This document shows, in pieces, positions 10,648 to 24,824 of a stretch of DNA of 64,000 nucleotides; within the stretch, counting starts at the first letter, position 1, and every line of letters starts with the position of its first letter. The notes beneath the pieces are model-generated. The model was not told the DNA's origin. It saw only the letters and a program-made list of their open reading frames with translations, and did no database searches. Origin of the DNA: the human T2T-CHM13v2.0 reference genome, Homo sapiens. The DNA is taken from NCBI RefSeq assembly GCF_009914755.1, contig NC_060930.1; one strand, 5' to 3'. Both the position numbers and the translations under genes were made by a program.

Positions 10648-12789
10648 GACACTTTTAATTTTAAGATAATTGTAGATTCACATGCAGTTATAAGAAATAA
10701 TCCTAGAAATCTCATGTGCCCTTCACACAGCTTCTCCAAGTGGTTTCCTCTTGCATAGCTATAGTACAATATCACAATCAGGAAATTGGTATCAATACAA
10801 TCCACCAATCTCATTTAGATTTTGGTAGTTTTACATGCACCAATTTGTGTGAATGTATTTAGTTCTATGCAATTTTTTCCATGTATAAATTCACGTAATC
10901 ACAACCATAGTCAAAATACAGAAATGTTGCATCACCGCAAAGATCCCTTGTGCTATCTTCTACCTTTTTATAATCACACCTACATAACTCTCCCTCCCTC
11001 TGATACCTGGCAACCACTAATCTATTCCTAATCTCTGTAATTTATCATTTTAAGAAGGTTACATAAATAGAATCATATAGTGTGTGACCTTTCGGGATTG
11101 GCTTTTTGTCACTCAGCATAATTCCCTTGAGATCCATCCAAGGGGTTGCATGTTATCTGCAATTCATTATTTTTAAATTCTATGCAGTATTCCATGGTAT
11201 GGAGGTACATTAGGTTAGTTAACCATTCACCCATTGAAACATAATTGTGTTTTTTCCCTCATTTTTGGTTATTGCACATAAAGCACCTAAACATTTGTGC
11301 GTAGGTTTTGGTATGAACACAAATTTTCAGTTCTCTAAAATAAATGGTCAAGAGTGCAATTTGAGGGTTGTCTATGGTAAGCACACATTCTGTTTTATAA
11401 GACACTGCCAAGCTGCTTTTCAGAACAGCTGTATCATTTTACATTATTACCAGCAATGTATGAGTGGTCCAGTTTCTCTGCATTCTCACCAGAATTTAGT
11501 GTTATCACTATTTTTTCTAATTTTAGCTATTCTGATAAGTGTTGTGATATTTCATGATAGTTTTTTTATTTTTTTGAAGGTTAATAATGTTGAACATCTT
11601 CTCATGTGATTACTTGTCATTTATGCATCCTCTTTGGTTAAATGTCCATTCATGACATTTGTCCATTTTCTAATTTTCTTGTTGAATTGTTTTTGCTTTT
11701 GAGTTTTGATGGTTATTTACATATAGATACTTATATAAATAACAGTTCTTTGCTGGACATATGGTTTGCAAGTACCTTCTCCCAGCATGTGGCTTGTCTT
11801 TTTATCTTTCAAGAAGGTCTCTTGCACAGTGAAAGTTTTAAATTTTGATGATGCCTAGAGTATTAATTTTTACTTTCATGCATTGTGCTTTTTATTCCAA
11901 ATCCAAGAACTTTATGTAGCCTTAGCTTCTGAAGATTTTCTTCTATTTTTTCCAAAAGTTTTGTACTTTTACATTTTATATTTAAGTCTGTGATCCATTC
12001 TCTGTTAACTTTTCATAAGCTGAGGGGTTTAGAGCAAGATTCTCTCTTTGTCCCCTTTTTATTGCCTGTGGGTGTCTGATTGCCCTAGTACCACTTGTGG
12101 AAAGCCTATCCTTCCTTCACTGAGTTGCACTTTTGTAAAAAATCAGTTGGTCACATTTGTGTGGGTCTATTTCCAGATCTCTATTCTGTTGCATTAATCT
12201 ATGGGTCTGTCCCTGCACCAATACTACAATACCTCAAGTACTGTAACTACAAATAACAACAATAACAAACTAATAATAAGCCTTAATATTGGGTAAAATG
12301 ACCTTTTCCACTTTCTTCTTTTTTAAACTTATTTATTTTTTCAGGGGCTTGAACATTTCTATATAAAATCAAGACTAACTTGCTACATCTACAAAAGCCC
12401 TTGCTGAGATCTGAATAGAAATTGCATTAAACCTATAGATCAGTTGGGGGGAATTGTCATCTTTACTATATTGTCTTTCAATCCATGAACATGGTATGTC
12501 TTCTGTTTATTTAGGTTTTCTTTGATTTCTTTTATTAGCAACTCATAACAATCATGTACACATTTTGTTAGATTTGTACCTAATTATTTTTAAGAGTAAT
12601 TATAAACAATATGTGTTTTTAATTTCAGTTTCCACCTGTTCATTGTTAGTATACAGAAACATTATTTTTCTGTGTTGATCTTGTATCCTGTGACCTTGAA
12701 AAACTCAGTTATTAGTTTTAGGATAGTTTGAAAATCCCTTGGAATTTTCAACACAAATCATTATGTTATCTTCAAATAGGAAAAGTCAG
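10648..12789 (-). mobile_element. L1MC-type element nested in the older L1
   Basis: 3' end ttaagataattgtagattcacatgcagtt...; flanked by TSD aagtgtgt(c)tttttaaat at 10630-10647 and 12790-12805. Confidence 0.85.
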
Positions 12790-13704
12790 AAGTGTGTTTT
12801 TAAATTTCCAAATATTTGAGGATTTCCCAAACATCTGTTATTGATTTCTGGTTTAATTCCCTTATGGCCAGAAAGGAGATTTTTAATGCTTTCTGCATAC
12901 ATTAAAGCAGACTTCAATAAATTTAAAATCATTAAATTTTACCTTACATCTCAGGATATGATTTATTTTGAGATCCAGGTACCTTTGTAATAAATGTGTA
13001 TTCTGCTGCTTTGGGATAAAGTGTTCTATAAATGTTAATTAAATAAAGTTGGCTGATAGTGTTGTTCAGATCTTCTATATCCTTGCTGATTTCTGTCTGT
13101 TTGTTGTATCAATTCCTCAGAGACAAGTTTTGGAGCATACAAATGTATTTGTGAATTTGTTAATTTCTTATTTTAGTTCTATTTGGTTTTGCTTCATGTA
13201 TTTTGAAGTCCCACTTTTTATGTGCACATGCATCAAAGATTGTCTTTTCTTCTTGGTGATTGATCTTATTATCATTATGTTATGTCACTCTTTATCTCTG
13301 GAAATTTTCCTTCTCCTGAAGCCTAATTTGTTTGCTATTAATGTAGACACTCCACTGTCTTTTGATTAGTGTTTCCATGTTATATCTTTTTCCATCCTTT
13401 TAACCTATCTGTATCATTATATTTAATGTGCGTTTCTCAAACACAGCGTGTAGCTGGGTCACAGTTATTCATTGAATCTTTTAACGTCTATCTTTTAATC
13501 AATGTATTTGGATGATTTATATTTAATACAATTATTGATATGTTTGAATTTAAATATATTGTTTTCTTATTTGTTTTTTAGTTTGTCTTCATGTTTTTTT
13601 TGGTCGTTGTTCTGTTCCCTTTATCCTGACTACTTTCAGGTTATTTGAACATTTTTCAGTATTTCATTTTAATTATTTCTTGGATTTTGCCTATATCTCT
13701 GTAT

Positions 13705-14157
<453 letters not shown>

Positions 14158-15010
14158 ATTCTATTTCTTAATGGTTACTCTGGTATTAAAATATATGTGC
14201 TACATTTTTACAGTAAAGTAAAATATTTTATTACTTTAAGTATCACAAGACCTTAATGCGTTCATCATTCTTTTACTATTTTCTCTGTTTTTCAGATTAT
14301 GTAATTTCTATTAATCTATCTTCAAGCTCACTCACTCTTTCTTTTGTCATCTTCCTTCTGCTTTTAAGCCCACCCAGGAAATTTTAATTGCAGATATTAT
14401 ATTTTTTTAGTTTGAAAATTTCCATTTGGTTCTTTTTAATACTTTATGTTTCTCAGCACGGAATTTCTATCTTTCCACTTGTTTCAATCATGTTCATTTT
14501 TACCTCATAAAGTATAGTGATGATAGGTGCTTTAAAGATTTGTCTGATAATCTCAACATCTGGATCATCTCAGGTTTGCAGCTATTAATTTTTTCTCCTA
14601 AAGAATTGGACATATTTTTCTGAATCTTCATTGTTGTTTAATTTTGGATTGTATCCTAAATTTTTCTAAATATTATCTTGTGAGACACTGGCTTCTGTTA
14701 AAATTCTCTAGATAGACTTGAGAACAAATAGAAAACCTTCACAAATCTGTCACAAAAAAAGAGATTGAATTAGTAACCAAAAACCTCCTAAAAAAGAAAA
14801 GCCCAGGACCAGAAAAGCCCAGGACCAGAAAAATGAGTTCTAGCAAACATTCTCTGAAAAAGAATTAACACCAGTGATTCTCAAACTCTTCCAAAAATAG
14901 AAGAGGAAGGAATACTTCCTAACTCTTTCTAGGAGGCCAGCATTACCCCAGTATCAAAGTCAAGTAATTGTGTCACAAGAAGAGAAAACTGTAGACCAAT
15001 ACCCCTTATG

Positions 15011-15467
15011 AAAGAACATGCCTTCTTTGCTCATCTGTGAGGTTTTTTTTGCCTATCATGAAACCTGGTTGACAGTAGATACTCAACAAATGTCAAGAAG
15101 TGGATGCAAAGAAAGGTGGACGGATGGATAATTGAGTGGATGAGTAGGTGGGTGGATGGATGGATGGATGGGTGGATGGATGGATAGATGAATAGATTAT
15201 TTAGCCCTAAGAATTATCTAGGAGATAAACAAGTGAGTATCAATACTTCATTCTGAATAGTGAACAGCTCACTGAATGGTCCTTCCTTTCAACCATCCTC
15301 ATGAGACCTTTTAAACTTAGGTAGTGGCCCAGAGTCTCAAAAAACATGAGCTCAAATGAATTTTAATGACCTTGGCAATGGAGCTGAATTTCTAATTTTC
15401 ACTGATGGCCAAAGCCAAAAAAATCTTGGGCCCAACTTGGATTGGCACCATGTCCAGGGGTAACCAG
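15011..15467 (+). repeat. Inverted duplication, copy A (derived; inserted in L1)
   Basis: Reverse complement of 19945-20422; about 20 substitutions plus a few indels by manual alignment. Confidence 0.95.
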
Positions 15468-15822
15468 AGACAACTTTTATTCATGTTTCAAAGAATGATG
15501 CTGGGTCCCTATCTGACACCGTATACAAAAATCAACTCAAAATGGACCAAAGACCTAAATGTAAGTACTAAAACTGTAAAACTTTCAGGAGAAAAATGGG
15601 GGTACATCTTCATGACCTGGACTAAGTAATAGTTTCTTAGATATAACATCAAAGGCACAAGTAACAAAAGAAAAAGTAGATAAATTGACTTTACCCAATT
15701 TAAAAACTTTTGTGTTTCAAAGGACACCATTGAGAGAGTGAAAAGACAAACCGACAAATAAGAGAAAATATTTGCAAAGTATGTATCTGATAAGGGTTTA
15801 TTATCCGGAATGTGTAAAGAGC

Positions 15823-15973
15823 TGAACCTAGAGGACATTATTCTAAGTGAAAAAGCTAGGCATAGGAACAAAAATACTGTGTGATTTCACCTGTACATGG
15901 AATCTAAAGGAAACGTTTTTAAGAAACCCAGAAAATTCACCTACATTTAAACAGAAAATAGAACTGTGGCTAC

Positions 15974-16022
<49 letters not shown>

Positions 16023-16300
16023 GAAATGGAGAGACATAGATCAAGGGTGCAAAGTTATAGTTGTGTAGAATGACTAAATCTAGAGATGTGTGTACAGCAT
16101 GGTGATCATAGTTAATAATATTGTATTGTACACTGGACATTTGCTAAAAGACAAAATTTTAGGTACTTTACCACAGAAAAAGGTAACTATGTGAAGTGAT
16201 GGATATGTTAATTTGCTTGACTTTAGTAATCATTTTACTGTGTATTATGCATATCAAAATATCATGTTGCATACCTTACATACATATAATAAAAATAAAT
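15823..16300 (+). mobile_element. L1MA 3' end nested in L1MB; contains (TG)22 at 15976-16020
   Basis: tgaacctagaggacattattctaagtgaaa...atagttaataatattgtattgtacact...ggtaactatgtgaagtgatggatatgttaattt. Confidence 0.8.
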
Positions 16301-17196
16301 CAATTAACAAATAAACCATAAACCAAACAACCCAATTAGAAAGTAAGCAAATAACTTGAATAGACATTTCTTTAAAAAGATATACAAATGGCCAATTAGC
16401 ACAAGAAAGACACTTGACGTTGTTAGCTATTAGGAAACATCAAAACCACAATGAAATACAACTTCACATTCATTAAAAACGGACAGACAATAACAAGTGT
16501 CAAAGACACAGAGAAACTGGAACCCTCACATATTGTGGGTGGGAATGTAAAACAGCACAGCTGCTTTGGAAAACAGTTTGGCAGTTCTTCAAAATGTTAA
16601 ATATGGAGTTACCATATGACCCAGCAATTCTACTCCTAGGTATATACCTCAAAGAATGGGAAACAGGTGTTTAAATAAAAACGTAGACACTAATTTTCTT
16701 AACAGCACCATTCACAACAGCCAAAACATGGAAACAACCTAAATGTCTTTCATCAGTTGAATGGGTACACAATATATGCGATATTCATTTAATAAAAATA
16801 AAACCATAAAAAGCAATGAGGTACAAATATATGTTTATCCATGTTTTATTTATCCATATGACATGGATAAATTGCAAAAACACTGCTAAGTGAAAGAATT
16901 CAGACACAAAAGATCATATATTGTACAATCCATTTATATGAAATATCTGGAATGGGTAAACCTATATATAGAGAAAACAGATTGATGACTTCTGGGGATG
17001 GGGAGGAGTGGGGAATAGGAGTGACTGCTTAGCGGGTACAGGTTTTCCTTTCGTGGTAATGAAAATGTTTTGAAACTCAATTGACGTGATGTTGGCACAC
17101 ATTGTGAATGTACCTAATGCCACTGAATAGCACACTTTAAAATTGCTTCTTTTATGTTATGTTAATTTTACCTCAAATAATTCCCAAGCAACTCCT

Positions 17197-17562
17197 ATTC
17201 CCAGTGTAATCATGAGACAAATATCAGACAAATTTCAATTGCTAGGGACATTCTGCAAACATTCTACAAAATACCCAAACCAGTACTCCTCAAAACCGCG
17301 GTCATACCAAACAAGAAAGCATGAAATAAGCTGTCACAGTTGAGACTAAATACAACGTGCTGTGGATGGGATCCTGGAACAAAGAAAGGTAAAAACCAAG
17401 GAAATCCAAATAAACTATGAATTTTAGTTAAAAATAGTGTGTCCGTATTGATTCATTGATTATAACGAATGTACCAGACTAGTGTAAGATGTTAATAATA
17501 AGGGAAATTGGGTGTGGGGTATAGGAGAATACTATGTTGTAAAAAATAAAGTCTATTAAAAA
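17197..17562 (+). mobile_element. L1MC/L1MD 3' end fragment
   Basis: taatcatgagacaaatatcagacaaa...ccagtactcctcaaaac...gatgggatcctggaaca...aataaagtctattaaaaaa. Confidence 0.75.
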
Positions 17563-19498
17563 AATTCTCTCTTCAGCATCGTTCTTTTTGTTTTGATGGA
17601 CAAACTGGTTAGCCTCAGACTCCAATTTCTGACTAGCCTCTTGTGGCTGGCAGATCAATGTCCATTCCGATTCCAAAGCCCTTTGCTGTGCTTCGTAAGC
17701 ACCACGTGTGTGTGCCACTCATGGTCTCCTCTGGACGTTCTCAGGCTAGGGTTTAGATTGTAGCTCAGTTTTCAAAGCTCTTGCTAAATGCTTCTTCATG
17801 GTCTTCAAGGTCTGCTCCATGCATGCGCATCTCAAGGGTGAGCCTGGGACTTAGGTAGGTCCATTCTCAGAGTTGGGGGATGCCTGTCTCCAGCTCTCAC
17901 CCAGTGAGGTGACGCCCCCTCAGCACATTCCATTTCTCAGGGGCCCCCTTTTTGTGGTTCCTGTGGACAGAGAGACAAATTTTCTCCTCAGGTTTTATAT
18001 GCCCATGCTGTGGAGGCAGAAACAGTATTGCTTTGCAACTGAGGCTGACCTTGGGGCAGAGGTAGACAAGAAAAATGAGAAAAAAATAAAAAAGAAAGAC
18101 AAGAAGGGGAATCCTCCTGCACTCTCAGGCTCCTAGGGATCCCTTTTCCTGGCTTTCTGGCTGGAGGGAGTGGGTTGCAGGCAGAGTTTTTGCTGTCCAT
18201 GCCCTCTGTGTAGTTCTAACCCTCTGGCTCATCCTTGGGTCAAAGCCAGGAGATAAAAAAGGAAAAAAAAAAAAGAAAAAGAAAAAGAAAAAGAAAAAAA
18301 CACTATATTGGTCATTCCTCAAGTTTCAACTTCTTTTCTCAAATTTCTCTTGCTTACTCTTTGGAGTTAACAGGAGCTCTTAGCTGTAATCAGGGGAAGA
18401 TGTACGCTATCAGGGGCTTCCTCTATTTGAGCTAGCATGGAATTCAAGTTATGTTCTTGAATCAGCCTTCAGCCCATCCACAATTTGCAGTATGCAGTGG
18501 TTCCCCTAGTTCCTTCCTCTCCAGTTTAACCTTCTAACATGATCAACCTGTCCATTAACTTCTAGGCACTCGACTTATCTGCTCAGTGTCCTGGACTTGG
18601 CTGCCTTCTTCCTCCTGGTTTGGCGGTTCTTCAGAAGCATTCCCCAGATAACAAACCTCTCTTGGCTTGTTCCTAGGACTACTCACACCTGTGACAGGGC
18701 ACAGTGATGTCTGCAAATGGGCTCTGCCCTGCTCCGTGGATGCCACTGTCTCCTGGTCCTGGCCAGGTCCAGCTCTACAGCACTTTCCTGAACCTTTGTT
18801 GTATCCCAGCTGTGCCCAGCTTGAGTCATACTGAGAGGTCATCAAAGACAAGACAAGACAGGGTCAGAGCTGGGGGAACTAACTCAGATATAGAGTGGCC
18901 ATGGGGTAGGAGACCAACAGGCAAATCTTGATTTTGGTGGCAGTGTAGGGGACAGGGGTTCCTGTGGGAAGGCTCTCCCCTGGCAGCTTCCTATTGTCCT
19001 ATCTTGTATAGGGAAGAGGGAGAAGACTGACAGGGGAACTAGAATCAGCCTCCATGTAATTTCATTTTAATAATCTCCATGGTGACAAAAGTCCTTCTTC
19101 TGAAGGAATATTTGATTTGTTGAAATAGTCAAAAGTCATCTAGAATGAAGCCATTTCTGGTCAATGAGATGAGTTATCAAGTTGGCGATGCTAACATTGA
19201 TCCCAAATGGGATGAGAGTGCAAAGGAAAATGAACTTGTGTAGCCTATAAATTACTTTAGAAGACAGTTCAAAAACAAGGTTCAAATATATCTTGGGAAA
19301 TGCTGGTATTGCCTTCCAAGGTAACTCCTGTGGATGAGACAGCACTCACGCTGTCCTTGCCTGTATTAGCTTCCAAGGTGATAAACCAGTCCATTAACTT
19401 CTAGGCACTTGATTTGCTTGTTTAGTTTCCTGGACTTTGCTAGAATGTCTCCTTCTGTCAAGGCATCTTTTCAAACTGATTACCCAGTATAGAAGGAG

Positions 19499-19590
19499 TG
19501 TCAGTTAGGAAATGGGTTTGACTGCAAGTAACAAATCTCTGAAAAACAGTGTCTTCAACCAATTAAAGATTTATTTTTCTTCACTTAACT
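19499..19590 (-). mobile_element. MLT1 (J/K-like) LTR fragment
   Basis: tgtcagttagg...gactgcaagtaaca...aacagtg...atttatttttct. Confidence 0.5.
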
Positions 19591-19944
19591 GACCATCCCT
19601 AGCTGTAAGTGTTATTGAAAATGTTTTTCAGCTGTGTCTCACTGCCTCTCATCCCAAACAAATTGAAGGGCTTTTTTCTTTGTGTTTTTTTTTTTGTTGT
19701 TGTTTTTTGTTTTGTTTTGTTTTTGTTTTTTTTTAAGAAAGAAGGGGAGAATGGACATTGGGTTGATGGACTACTAGAATCTCTATCAAGCAAATCTCTG
19801 GTAAATAAAAATTGAATCTAAGTCTCAGATCTGCTGGAATCACAGGGGAAAGATTGGTTAATGCTTTAAGGTCAAGGTTGTCAACAGAAAATGATGAGAT
19901 GCTGGAATGTTTCTGCTGTTTTACTAATGGCTCTTTCTTGGCCC

Positions 19945-20422
19945 CTGGTTACCATTGGACATGGTGCCAATCCAAGTTGGGCCCAAGATTTTTTTGGCTT
20001 TGGCCATCAGTGAAAATTAGAAATTCAGCTCCATTGCCAAGGTCATTAAAATTCATTTGAGTTCATGTTTTTGAGACTCTGGGCCTACCTAAGTTTAAAA
20101 GGTCCTCATGAGGATGGTTGAAAGGAAGGACCATTCAGTGAGCTGTTGATTATTCAGAATGAAGTATTGATACTCATTTGTTTATCTCCCAGATAATTCT
20201 TAGGGCTAATCTATTCATCTATCCATCCATCCACCCATCCATCCATCCACCCACCCACCCACCTACTCATCCACTAATTTATCCATCCATCCCCCCTTCT
20301 TTGCATCCATTTCTTGCCATTTGTTGAGTACCTACTTTCAACCAGGATTCATGCTAGGCAAAAACAAACAAACAAACAAACAAACAAAAAACTCACAGAT
20401 GAGCAAAAAAGGCATGTTCTTT
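19945..20422 (-). repeat. Inverted duplication, copy B (probable source); includes (TCCA)n, an L2 3' remnant and (AAAC)n
   Basis: Reverse complement of 15011-15467. Confidence 0.95.
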
Positions 20423-21394
20423 ATTTCTGAGGACCTCAAATACATGACACCAGAAAATAACTTTGCCTGGAACACAGGGGTCGAATATACTAGTGTATTT
20501 ATGTGCAGGTGCCTTAACCTCTCTCTTCCATCACTCAGGGTGAATGATTTAGGCCACATCTGCCCCTCCACTCTCTTTTGTTTGTTTATTCAGAAAGACA
20601 GAAAAAGAGAAAGACACAGGGAGAGAAACAGCCTTTCTCTATCATATAAAACCTTTAAATCTTAAAATCCAGGCCGAGGCTGATGCTTTCTCACTGCACT
20701 GGAAATGACCAGAGCGAAAGAAAACATTCGGTCTTAAAATCCCTTCCTGTTTTGCACCAAGTTTGGACTTTATTTTTGCTTCACATTTTCCTTTGTTCTT
20801 TCCCCAGTTTCTCTGTTGTTTTCTCAGGAAGGAGAACTCTCCTTCCCTTTTCAGCCCAGCACAGTAGAATTTGTACCCAAACATCCTCATTGGGTTGACA
20901 AAGCATTCCCCTGGGACATAACGCAGCTTGTTTAATGCCTGTGAGAGGTGAGAGGGCCTGTGTGAGATGAACAGAGCTCCCTAGAGGCCTGGATGAAGCC
21001 TGCAGTAACTTCTGTTGATGTATGGATGCTTTTTTTTTTTTTTTTTTGAGAGGAACTTGCATTTCTGTTTTTTTTTCTTTCTTCCTTTTATGAGTTTAAA
21101 AGATAACTCTAGACCCACATGGGCTAAATTCTGTAGTAATCTGAGAGTAAAATGATAACAAATGGCATTACCTACCTTCTGTCTGGAAAAAAATTTCTGG
21201 TTTATTATTGATAGGTTTTTCTCCCCTATATTTTCCATAACTCTAATCATTGGCACTGATTGGGCTGAAGAAATGAGTCTTCTGGGGCTCAGGAAGACCC
21301 AGGACAGTCTATAAGGTGGAAGCCAACTCTGCCTACAAGACATTAGCAGGAGGAGCAGAGAAATGGTTTGCGGGGAATTATAATGAAAGCTGGT

Positions 21395-21600
21395 GTTTTA
21401 AGCACTTTAGTGTGGGCCAGACACCATTTTAAAAGCTTTGTAAATGTGAGCTGTTTACTCCTCACAACAACGCTGTCAGGTAATTTTTATTATTTTTCAG
21501 GTTTTATAGGCAAGAAAACTGAGGTACAGAGAGCCGGGAAATATGCCCACGTCACACTGCTACGAGGGCACTGTGGCTCCAGAAGCTTCATCCTGAATCA
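21395..21600 (-). mobile_element. MIR SINE
   Basis: tcctcacaacaac...aagaaaactgaggtacagagag...gcccacgtcacac. Confidence 0.7.
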
Positions 21601-21759
21601 CAATATCATAATGAAGACATTAGAGGGAAAGAGAGAGAGGTTAGGTACTCATATGCCTGAAACTCTGAAATCTTCCAGCTATTTCATTTGGTACATTCAT
21701 TCATCATATATTTATTGAGCAGCTACAAAGTTCCAGGTACTGTGCAATTTAAAACATAA

Positions 21760-22313
21760 TGTATTTATAGGGAATCTGAGGCCTGGGAAGGTCAACACAT
21801 CAGGAGCTGCCTGCAATTGAAAAGAGAGTTTGTCACTCACAGTTCCAAGAGGAGGGGCCACGCCATGCAATGGGGGTGGAGGGTAGAGGCACAGTGAGGC
21901 ACCGGCTCCATCCGGAGGCAGGAGTAGAGGGTAAGCCCAGGGCAGGAGCCTGCACAGCGGCTTCTGCAGGAAGACGAGGCAAGGCAGGGTGCACAGGCTC
22001 AGTACTGTTTTGGTCTGAATAATTTCAGTAGCTCTGGGGCAGAAGAGCTCCCCCAAGTTGTCTGGAACCTGGCCCCAGGGTGACTGGTGCACTGGTGCAG
22101 GTGGATAGTGGCCCATATGTGAGATCCCAATAATGGAGGTGGTTGAGGTGTGGGCTCTCTGGATTGGTTGGTTTGTATTTGAAAACTGCACTCTTGGGTG
22201 AGCTGTTTGCTATCTCTAGAACTGGCTAATCCTGAAGAGGCAGTCCCTCCAGGGTCAGCACGGCTGCAGATGACAAAGCCTGAAATACAGAAAATGAAAA
22301 GTATGCTTAATAC
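21760..22313 (-). mobile_element. ERVL solo LTR (MER74-like)
   Basis: ctggattggttggtttg...gctatctctag...ggcagtccctccagggtcagca...aatacagaaaat...aatac. Confidence 0.7.
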
Positions 22314-22366
22314 CCTATGTGCTAAACGGTGAGAAGACAGCAGGGAGCAACGCGAGTAACAGGAAA

Positions 22367-22370
<4 letters not shown>

Positions 22371-22402
<32 letters not shown>
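22371..22402. repeat. (GT)16 microsatellite
   Basis: Direct reading. Confidence 0.97.
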
Positions 22403-22405
<3 letters not shown>

Positions 22406-23142
22406 CCAAGCAAATCACTGGAAAACATATGCCATTGTAAATCTAATTATTAGCCTACTTCATTATTAATTTATCATATGGTGGCATTTAAACAAATGGC
22501 TTATCTGTAGTAATCTTGTAACAATCCAGTAGGTGTGGAATGTGGGTCTAATACTGCACTCAGAAACCCTGGATACCAAAGAAACCACCCGGAGTTTCAT
22601 TTACCTGAGGACCTGCTGGGCTAGGCCTCCTGGGAGCATGGTGAGGAGACTTTGGGCTGTGAGCAGAGATCCAGGACACTGGACTCTTAAAGATGGAGGT
22701 GAAAGTTGCACCTCACCTATGTGGGGAATGTCTGGACAATTACAGCCCTCATCCTGAGGAGGGAAAGAGCCTCACCGTTGGTAGTCTTGGTTTTGATCGG
22801 TGTATCATAGCAGCAGGACCCCCAGAAGTAGGGCTCTGACATCAAGTGACAGGCAGGGGGATAGTATGGTGGACCATCTGGGTGAAGACAGGGCTTCCAT
22901 GAGCTGAGGGATCAGGAAACTTCCTGAGATGAGCACGGGAAAGGAGGAGAGAGGCAAGGTGTTCAAGAAGAAAAAGTGAAGGAAAAATAATGGTCCAGGT
23001 TTGGAGAATTTCCCCCAATTTCCTCAGAAAAAGGGCTGCCATCTGGAGAAGAATGTGCCCTTTTGGAAAATAGAAAAGACAGTTGTGACCCTGGCAGGGA
23101 GAGAGCTCGCCACAGCCTTGTCAAAGTGTCAGTTATGGTGGG

Positions 23143-23872
<730 letters not shown>

Positions 23873-24014
23873 GCGAAGCATGGGAAACACCTCCAGGTGT
23901 GCATAAAAGCTACATGGTGGTATAAAGGATTGCAACACAGACCACAATAGCAGAAAAATCCCCAGTACATTTTCTGTGTCCCTGAATAATTTTAGCCACT
24001 TAAATCAGTTTCAG

Positions 24015-24445
24015 CAACCACACCAAAACTTAGTGGCTAGATCTCATGGTTTTGTGGATGGACTAGGAGTTTCTTCTGTTTTATGTTGCTGGGGCACTGG
24101 GATAAGTTGAAGTCCCAAATGATCTCAATCACTTGCTGGCAAGTTGGTGCTGCCCATTAGCTGGGAGCTCAGCTGGGACCGTCTGCTGGTGGTTTTAGTT
24201 CTCCACATGAGCGTTTCCATGTGGTTCCTTGGGCTTCCTCACAGCATGGTAGCTGGGTTCCTAGAAAGAGCATTTCAAACGGCAAAGGTAGGAGCTGCAC
24301 ATCTCTTAAGTCCTAATCTTAGAAGTTACAAAGTTTCACTTCTGTGCTAATCTTTTGGTTGAATAGGCCACTGGGCCAGTCCAGATTAAAGAGGAAGGAA
24401 AATAAACTTTAGCTCTTGATGAGAGACTGGTGGGGTCACTGTGTA
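24015..24445 (-). mobile_element. MLT1H-like LTR
   Basis: ccaaaacttagtggct...agctgggagctcagctggg...gggcttcctcacagcatggtagctgggttcc. Confidence 0.7.
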
Positions 24446-24765
24446 CCAGAGCACTTGAAAGCCTGTGACCTTTACCTGCTCAGCAGAGCACAGGTATTTG
24501 CATTCATAGATATTTGCCAGCCTTGAAGGAGTCGCTGCTGGCAACACACAGGGCATTTCAAGCTTGCAGGCCCTTGACCTTACACGTTCCTAGAAAACTA
24601 AAGGCTTCCTTTTATGGGGACAGTACAGGTGATTCATTGATTTTTGCTTTAATGACGAAGGCAACCACTTCAGCCCTACTCTGTAATTTACAAACTTCAA
24701 TGAACCTAATGTTGTTTTTTGAATGGAACAGGTTAACAGGTTTAGCTACTGTTCAGAGAGGTGGG

Positions 24766-24767
<2 letters not shown>

Positions 24768-24809
<42 letters not shown>

Positions 24810-24824
24810 ATGCGCGTGTATGCA
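24768..24824. repeat. (GT)20 extended by catgcgcgtgtatgca; alternating purine-pyrimidine tract
   Basis: Direct reading. Confidence 0.95.

Larger units (their letters stand above)
14711..17180 (+). mobile_element. L1 (L1MB-like) ORF2 plus 3' end, internally deleted and interrupted
   Basis: aaaagcccaggaccaga, ggaatacttcctaactc, agaccaatacccctt; resumes PYLTPYTKINSKWTKDLNV at about 15500; L1MB-type 3' end at 16300-17180; AAAATTCTCT at about 14700 and 17561 may be a TSD. Confidence 0.85.
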
